This document shows positions 58,001-64,000 of a stretch of 64,000 nucleotides of DNA, one piece after another. A model generated the notes under the pieces. It had not been told where the DNA came from. It worked only from the letters and a program-made list of their open reading frames with translations, and ran no database searches. The DNA comes from the human T2T-CHM13v2.0 reference genome, Homo sapiens, in the NCBI RefSeq assembly GCF_009914755.1, contig NC_060928.1; one strand, 5' to 3'. The position numbers and the translations under genes were made by a program. Position 1 is the first letter of the stretch. Each line of letters opens with the position of its first letter.

Positions 58001-61000
58001 TTTTATGTCCAGTATAAAATATATAGATTTCGTACTTTGATATTTTATGTACAGAATATAGTTTGAGTACTTTGATATTTTATGTACAATTTATTATAAA
58101 AGTTTGGGTACTTTCATATTTTACGTACAGTATATAATACATATTTTGGGCACTTTGATGTTTTATGTACAGTATATAATACATACTTTAGGTTCTTTTA
58201 TATTTTATGTACAGCATATACTACAAAATTTGGGGACTTTTATATTTTATGTACATTATATAATACATACTTTGGGTACTTTTATATTTTATGTACGGTA
58301 TATAATAGATACTTTGGGTACTTTGATATATTATGTACAGTATATAATATATACTTTGGGTAATTTGATATATTATGTACAGTATATAATACATACTTAG
58401 GGTACTTTGACATTTTATGTACAGTATATAATACATACTTTGGGTACTTTGATATTTTATGAACAGTATATAATACATACTTTGGGTACTTTGATATTTT
58501 ATGTAATGTATATAATACATACTTTGGGTACTTTTATATTTTATGTACAGTATATAATATATAGTTTGGGTACTTTGATATTTTATGTACGGTATATAAT
58601 ACATACTTTGGGTACTTTGATATTTTATGTATAGTATATAATACATACTTTGGGTACTTTGATATTGTATGTACAGTATACAATATATAGTTTGAGTACT
58701 TTGATATTTTATGTACTGTATAAAATATATAGTTTTGGTACTTTGATATTTTATGTATAGTATATAGTTTGAGTACTTTTATATTTTATGTACAGTTTTT
58801 TATAAATATTTGGGTGCTTTCATATTTTATGTACAGTATATAATACATACTAAGCACACTTTGATATTTTATGTACAGTATATAATACATACTTTGGTTA
58901 CTCTGATATTTTATGTACAGTGTATAATACATACTTTGGGTACTTTGATATTTTATGTACAATATATAATACATACGTTGGGAAATTTGATATATTATGT
59001 ACAGTATATAATTCATACTTTTGGTACTTTGATATTTTATGTACAGTATATAATACATAGTTTGTGTACTTTGATATTTTATGTACAGTATATAATACAT
59101 ACTGTGGGTACTTTGATATTTTATATACAGTATATAATACATACTTTGGGTACTTTCATATTTTATGTACAGTATATAATATATAGTTTGGGTACTTTGA
59201 TATTTTATCTACAGCTTATAATACATACTTTGGGTACTTTGATATTTTATGTACAGTATATAATACATACTTTGGGTAGTTTGATATTTTATGTACAGTA
59301 TACGATATATAGTTTGAGTACTTTGATATTTTATGTGCACTATAAAATATATAGTTTTGGTACTTTGATATTTTATGTACAGTTTATAGTTTGAGTACTT
59401 TGATATTTTATGTACAGTTTATTATAAATGTTTGGGTACTTTCATATTTGATGTACAGTACATAATACATAATTTGGGCACTTTGATATTTTATGTACAG
59501 TATATAATACATACTTTGGGTACTTTTCTATTTTATGTACAGTATATAATACATACTTTGGGTACTTTGATATTTAATGTACAGTATATAATATACACTT
59601 TCCGTACTTTGATATTTTATGTAAAGCATGTAATACATACTTTGGGCAGTTTGATATTTTATGTACAGTATGTAATACACACTTTGGGTACTTTGATATT
59701 TTATGTACAGTATGTAAAACATACTTTGGGTAGTTTGATATATTATGTACAGTATATAATACATACTTTGGGTACTCTGATATTTTATGTCCAGTGTATA
59801 ATACATACTTTGGGTACTTTGATATTTTATGTACAGTATATAATATATAGTTTGTGTACTTTGATATATTATGTACAGTATATAATACTTACTTGGGGTA
59901 CTTTGATATTTTATGTACAGTATATAATACATACTTTGTGTACTTTGATATTTTATATACAGTATATAATACATACTTTGGGTACTTTGATATTTTATGT
60001 ACAGTATATAATACATACTTTGGGTATCTTGATATTTTATGTACAGTATATAATGCATACTTTGGGTACTTTGATATTTTATGTACAGTATATAATGCAT
60101 ACTTTGAGTACTTTGATATTTTATGTACAGTATGTAATACATACTTTGGGTACTTTGATATTTTATGTATAGTATATAATACATACTTTGTGTAGTTTGA
60201 TATTTTATGTACAGTATACAATATATAGTTTGAGTACTTTGATATTTTATGTCCAGTATAAAATATATAGTTTTCCTAATTGATATTTTATGTACAGAAT
60301 ATAGTTTGAGTACTTTGATATTTTATGTACACTTTATTATAAATGTTTGGGTACTTTCATATTTTATGTACAGTATATAATACATACTTTGGTCTCTTTG
60401 ATGTTTTATGTACAGTATATAATACATACTTTGGGTTCTTTGATATTTTATGTGCAGAATATAATGCATAGTTTTAGGTACTTTTATATTTTATGTACAG
60501 TATATAATAGATACTTTGGGTACTTTTTTATTTTATGTACAGTATATAATACATACTTTGGGAACTTTGATATTTTATGTACAGTATGTAATACATACTT
60601 TGGGTACTTTGATATTTTATGTACAGTATACAATATATAGTTTGAGTATTTTGATATTTTATGTCCAGTATAAAATACATAGATTTCATACTTTGATATT
60701 TTATGTACAGAATATAGTTTGAGTACTTTGATATTTTATGTACACTTTATCATAAAAGTTTGGGTACTTTCATATTTTACGTACAGTATATAATACATAC
60801 TTTGGGCACTTTGATGTTTTACGTACAGTATATAATACATACTTTGGGTCCTTTGATATGTTATGTACAGCATATAGTACATAATTTGGGGACTTTTATA
60901 TTTTATGTACATTATATAATACATACTTTGGGTACTTTTATATTTTATGTACGGTATATAATACATACTTTGGGTACTTTCATATATTATGTACAGTATA

Positions 61001-64000
61001 TAATACATACTTTGGGTACTTTGATATATTATGTACAGTGTATAATACATACTTAGGGTACTTTGACATTTTATGTACAGTACATAATACATACTTTGGG
61101 TACTTTGATATTTTATGTACAGTATATAATACATACTTTGGGTACTTTGATATTTTATGTACAGTATATAATACATGTTTTGGGTACTTTTACATTTTAT
61201 GTACAGTATATAATATATAGTTTGGGTACTTTGATATTTTATGTACGGTATATAATACATACTTTGGGTACTTTGATATTTTATGTACAGTATATAATAC
61301 ATACTTTGGGTACTTTGATATTTTATGTACAGTATATAATACATACTTTGGGTACTTTGATATTTAATGTACAGTATATAATACACACTTTGCGTACTTT
61401 GATATTTTATGTAAAGTATGTAATACATACTTTGGGTACTTTGATATTTTATCTACAGTATGTAATACACGCTTTGGGTACTTTGATATTTTATGTAGAG
61501 TATGTAAAACATACTTTCGGTAGTTTGGTATTTTATGATCAGTATATAATACATATTTTGGGTACTTTGATGTTTTATGTACAGTATATAATACATACTT
61601 TAGGTTCTTTTATATTTCATGTACAGCATATACTACAAAATTTGGGGACTTTTATATTTTATGTACATTATATAATACATACTTTGGGTACTTTTATATT
61701 TTATGTACGGTATATAATACATACTTTGGGTACTTTGATAGTTTATGTACAGTATATAATACATACTTTGGGTAATTTGGTATATTATGTACAGTATATA
61801 ATACATACTTAGGGTACTTTGACATTTTATGTACAGTATATAATACATACTTTGGGTACTTTGATATTTTATCTACAGTATATAATAGATACTTTGGGTA
61901 CTTTGATATATTATGTACAGTATATAATACATAGTTTGGTTACTTTGATATTTTTTGTACAGTATGTAAAACATACTTTGGGGAGTTTGATATTTTATGA
62001 ACAGTATATAATACACATTTTGGGTACTTTGATATTTTATGTACGGTATATAATACATACTTTGGGTACTTTGATATTTTATGTACAGTATATAATTCAT
62101 ACTTTGGGTACTTTGACATTTTATGTACAGTATATAATACATACTTTGGGTACTTTGATATTTTATGAACAGTATATAATACATACTTTGGGTACTTTGA
62201 TATTTTATGTACTGTATATAATACATACTTTGGGTACTTTTATATTTTATGTACAGTATATAATATATAGTTTGGGTACTTTGATATTTTATGTACGGTA
62301 TATAATACATACTTTGGGTACTTTGATATTTTATGTATAGTATATAATACATACTAAGCGCACTTTGATATTTTATGTACAGTATATAATACATACTTTG
62401 GTTACTCTGATATTTTATGTACAGTGTATAATACATACTTTGGGTACTTTGATATTTTATGTATAGTATATAGTTTGAGTACTTTGATATTTTATGTACA
62501 GTTTTTTATAAATATTTGGGTGCTTTCATATTTTATGTACAGTATATAATACATACTAAGCGCACTTTGATATTTTATGTACAGTATATAATACATACTT
62601 TGGTTACTCTGATATTTTATGTACAGTGTATAATACATATTTTGGGTACTTTGATATTTTATGTACAATATATAATACATACGTTGGGAACTTTGATATA
62701 TTATGTACATTATATAATTCATACTTTGGGTACTTTGATATTTTATGTACAGTATATAATACATACTATGGGTACTTTTCTATTTTATGTACAGTATATA
62801 ATACATACTTTGTTTACTTTGATATTTAATGTACAGTATATAATACACGGTTTGCGTACTTTGATATTTTATGTAAAGCATGTAATACATAATTTGGGCA
62901 GTTTGATATTTTATGTACAGTATGTAATACACACTTTGGGTACTTTGATATTTTATGTACAGTATGTAAAACATACTTTGGGTAGTTTGATATATTATGT
63001 ACAGTATATAATGCATACTTTGGGTACTCTGATATTTTATGTACAGAGTATAATACGTACTTGGGGTACTTTGATATTTTATGTACAGTATATAATACAT
63101 ACATTGGGTACTTTGATATATTATGTACAGTATATAATACTTACTTGGGGTACTTTGATATTTTATGTACAGTATATAATACATACTTTGTGTACTTTGA
63201 TATTTTATGTACAGTATATAATACATACTTTGGGTACTTTGATATTTTATGTACAGTATATAATACATACTTTGGGTATCTTGATATTTTATGTACAGTA
63301 TATAATGCATAATTTGGGTACTTTGATATTTTATGTACAGTATATAATGCATACTTTGAGTACTTTGATATTTTATGTACAGTATGTAATACATACTTTG
63401 GGTACTTTGATATTTTATGTATAGTATATAATACATACTTTGTGTAGTTTGATATTTTATGTACAGTATACAATATATAGTTTGAGTACTTTGATATTTT
63501 ATGTCCAGTATAAAATGTATAGTTTTCCTAATTGATATTTTATGTACAGAATATAGTTTGAGTACTTTGATATTTTATGTACACTTTATTATAAATGTTT
63601 GGGTACTTTCATATTTTATGTACAGTATATAATACATACTTTGGTCTCTTTGATGTTTTATGTACAGTATATAATACATACTTTGGGTTCTTTGATATTT
63701 TATATGCAGAATATAATGCATAGTTTTAGGTACTTTTATATTTTATGTACAGTATATAATACATACTTTGGGTACTTTTTTATTTTATGTACAGTATATA
63801 ATACATACTTTGGGAACTTTGATATTTTATGTACAGTATGTAATACATACTTTGGGTACTTTGATATTTTATGTACAGTATACAATATATAGTTTGAGTA
63901 CTTTGATATTTTATGTCCAGTATAAAATACATAGATTTCATACTTTGATATTTTATGTACAGAATATAGTTTGACTACTTTGATATTTTATGTACACTTT
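55060..64000. repeat. Long-range collinear copy of about 13740-25710 with internal deletions (offset 41324 falling to 38288)
   Basis: Pairs 14008/55332, 16217/57037, 17874/57608, 19404/58104, 20110/58810, 22018/60760, 23774/62516, 25311/63599; private variants TGACGTAC, AGTTCGGGTAG, 1-bp deletion GATATTTTTGTACTGAATG, TACGATATAT. Confidence 0.85.

Larger units (their letters stand above)
1..64000. repeat. 42-bp AT-rich tandem satellite array, human satellite I type (HSat1A / SAR), about 1,500 monomers, all in one orientation
   Basis: Seen: consensus TTGGGTACTTTGATATTTTATGTACAGTATATAATACATACT (19 T, 13 A, 6 G, 4 C) repeats end to end with no unique sequence. Established: its reverse complement is the alternating 17-bp (ACATAAAATATCAAAGT) + 25-bp (ACCCAAAGTATGTATTATATACTGT) RsaI-delimited unit of classical human satellite I. 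Chromosome and species (human vs other ape) cannot be fixed from the sequence alone. Confidence 0.96.

Noticed and set aside
3-63974. Hundreds of ORFs of 60-359 aa with 14-aa repeats (LGTLIFYVQYIIHT, FGYFDILCTVYNTY, KYQSTQSMYYILYI, KISKYPKYVLYTVH)
   Set aside because: 42 is divisible by 3 and four of six frames of the consensus lack stops. ORFs overlap on both strands, end at satellite indels or point variants, and show no non-repetitive domain or apparent codon-position bias.
1-64000. CRISPR-like array (conserved GTACTTTGATATTTTATGTACAG alternating with a more variable part)
   Set aside because: The variable parts are point variants of one sequence, not unique spacers; there is no leader and no cas or other gene.
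1-64000. Diversity-generating or antigenic-variation cassette system, or programmed repeat array of a microbial element
   Set aside because: No reverse transcriptase, recombinase or expression locus; the monomer matches human satellite I, and the variation is explained by ordinary satellite turnover.
1-64000. Alpha satellite / CENP-B boxes, HSat2/3 (CATTC)n, HSat1B, telomeric repeats, G-quadruplexes, Alu/L1 insertions
   Set aside because: None of their motifs was seen; GGG runs are 42 bp apart, too sparse for a canonical G4.
1-64000. Assignment to a specific chromosome or a strict 378-bp higher-order repeat
   Set aside because: Needs alignment to reference assemblies; cassette spacing here ranges from about 243 to 2554 bp and only occasionally equals 9 monomers.

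Overview
The whole 64-kb window is one uninterrupted, single-orientation tandem satellite array with a 42-bp monomer (consensus TTGGGTACTTTGATATTTTATGTACAGTATATAATACATACT, 76% AT). Its reverse complement splits at the two RsaI (GTAC) sites into the 17-bp ACATAAAATATCAAAGT and 25-bp ACCCAAAGTATGTATTATATACTGT units of classical human satellite I (HSat1A; RepeatMasker 'SAR'), i.e. primate pericentromeric or acrocentric short-arm heterochromatin. I see no genes, RNA genes, transposon insertions, inversions or CRISPR array. All ORFs are artefacts of a monomer divisible by 3 with 4 of 6 frames stop-free. I did not find a new coding system; what is notable is structural. (1) A recurrent polar cassette (35-bp + 41-bp monomers) punctuates the array about 85 times into blocks of mostly 42n-8 bp. 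(2) Each monomer holds a 21-bp quasi-palindrome, and one variant lineage has both mismatches corrected to a perfect palindrome. (3) There is a nested hierarchy of duplications at about 0.13-0.25, 1.2, 2, 3.7, 4.2, 8-9 and 39-41 kb, with mosaic reshuffling and length-preserving conversion-like patches. Offsets were derived by hand from diagnostic variants and the ORF track, so boundaries are approximate to about one monomer.
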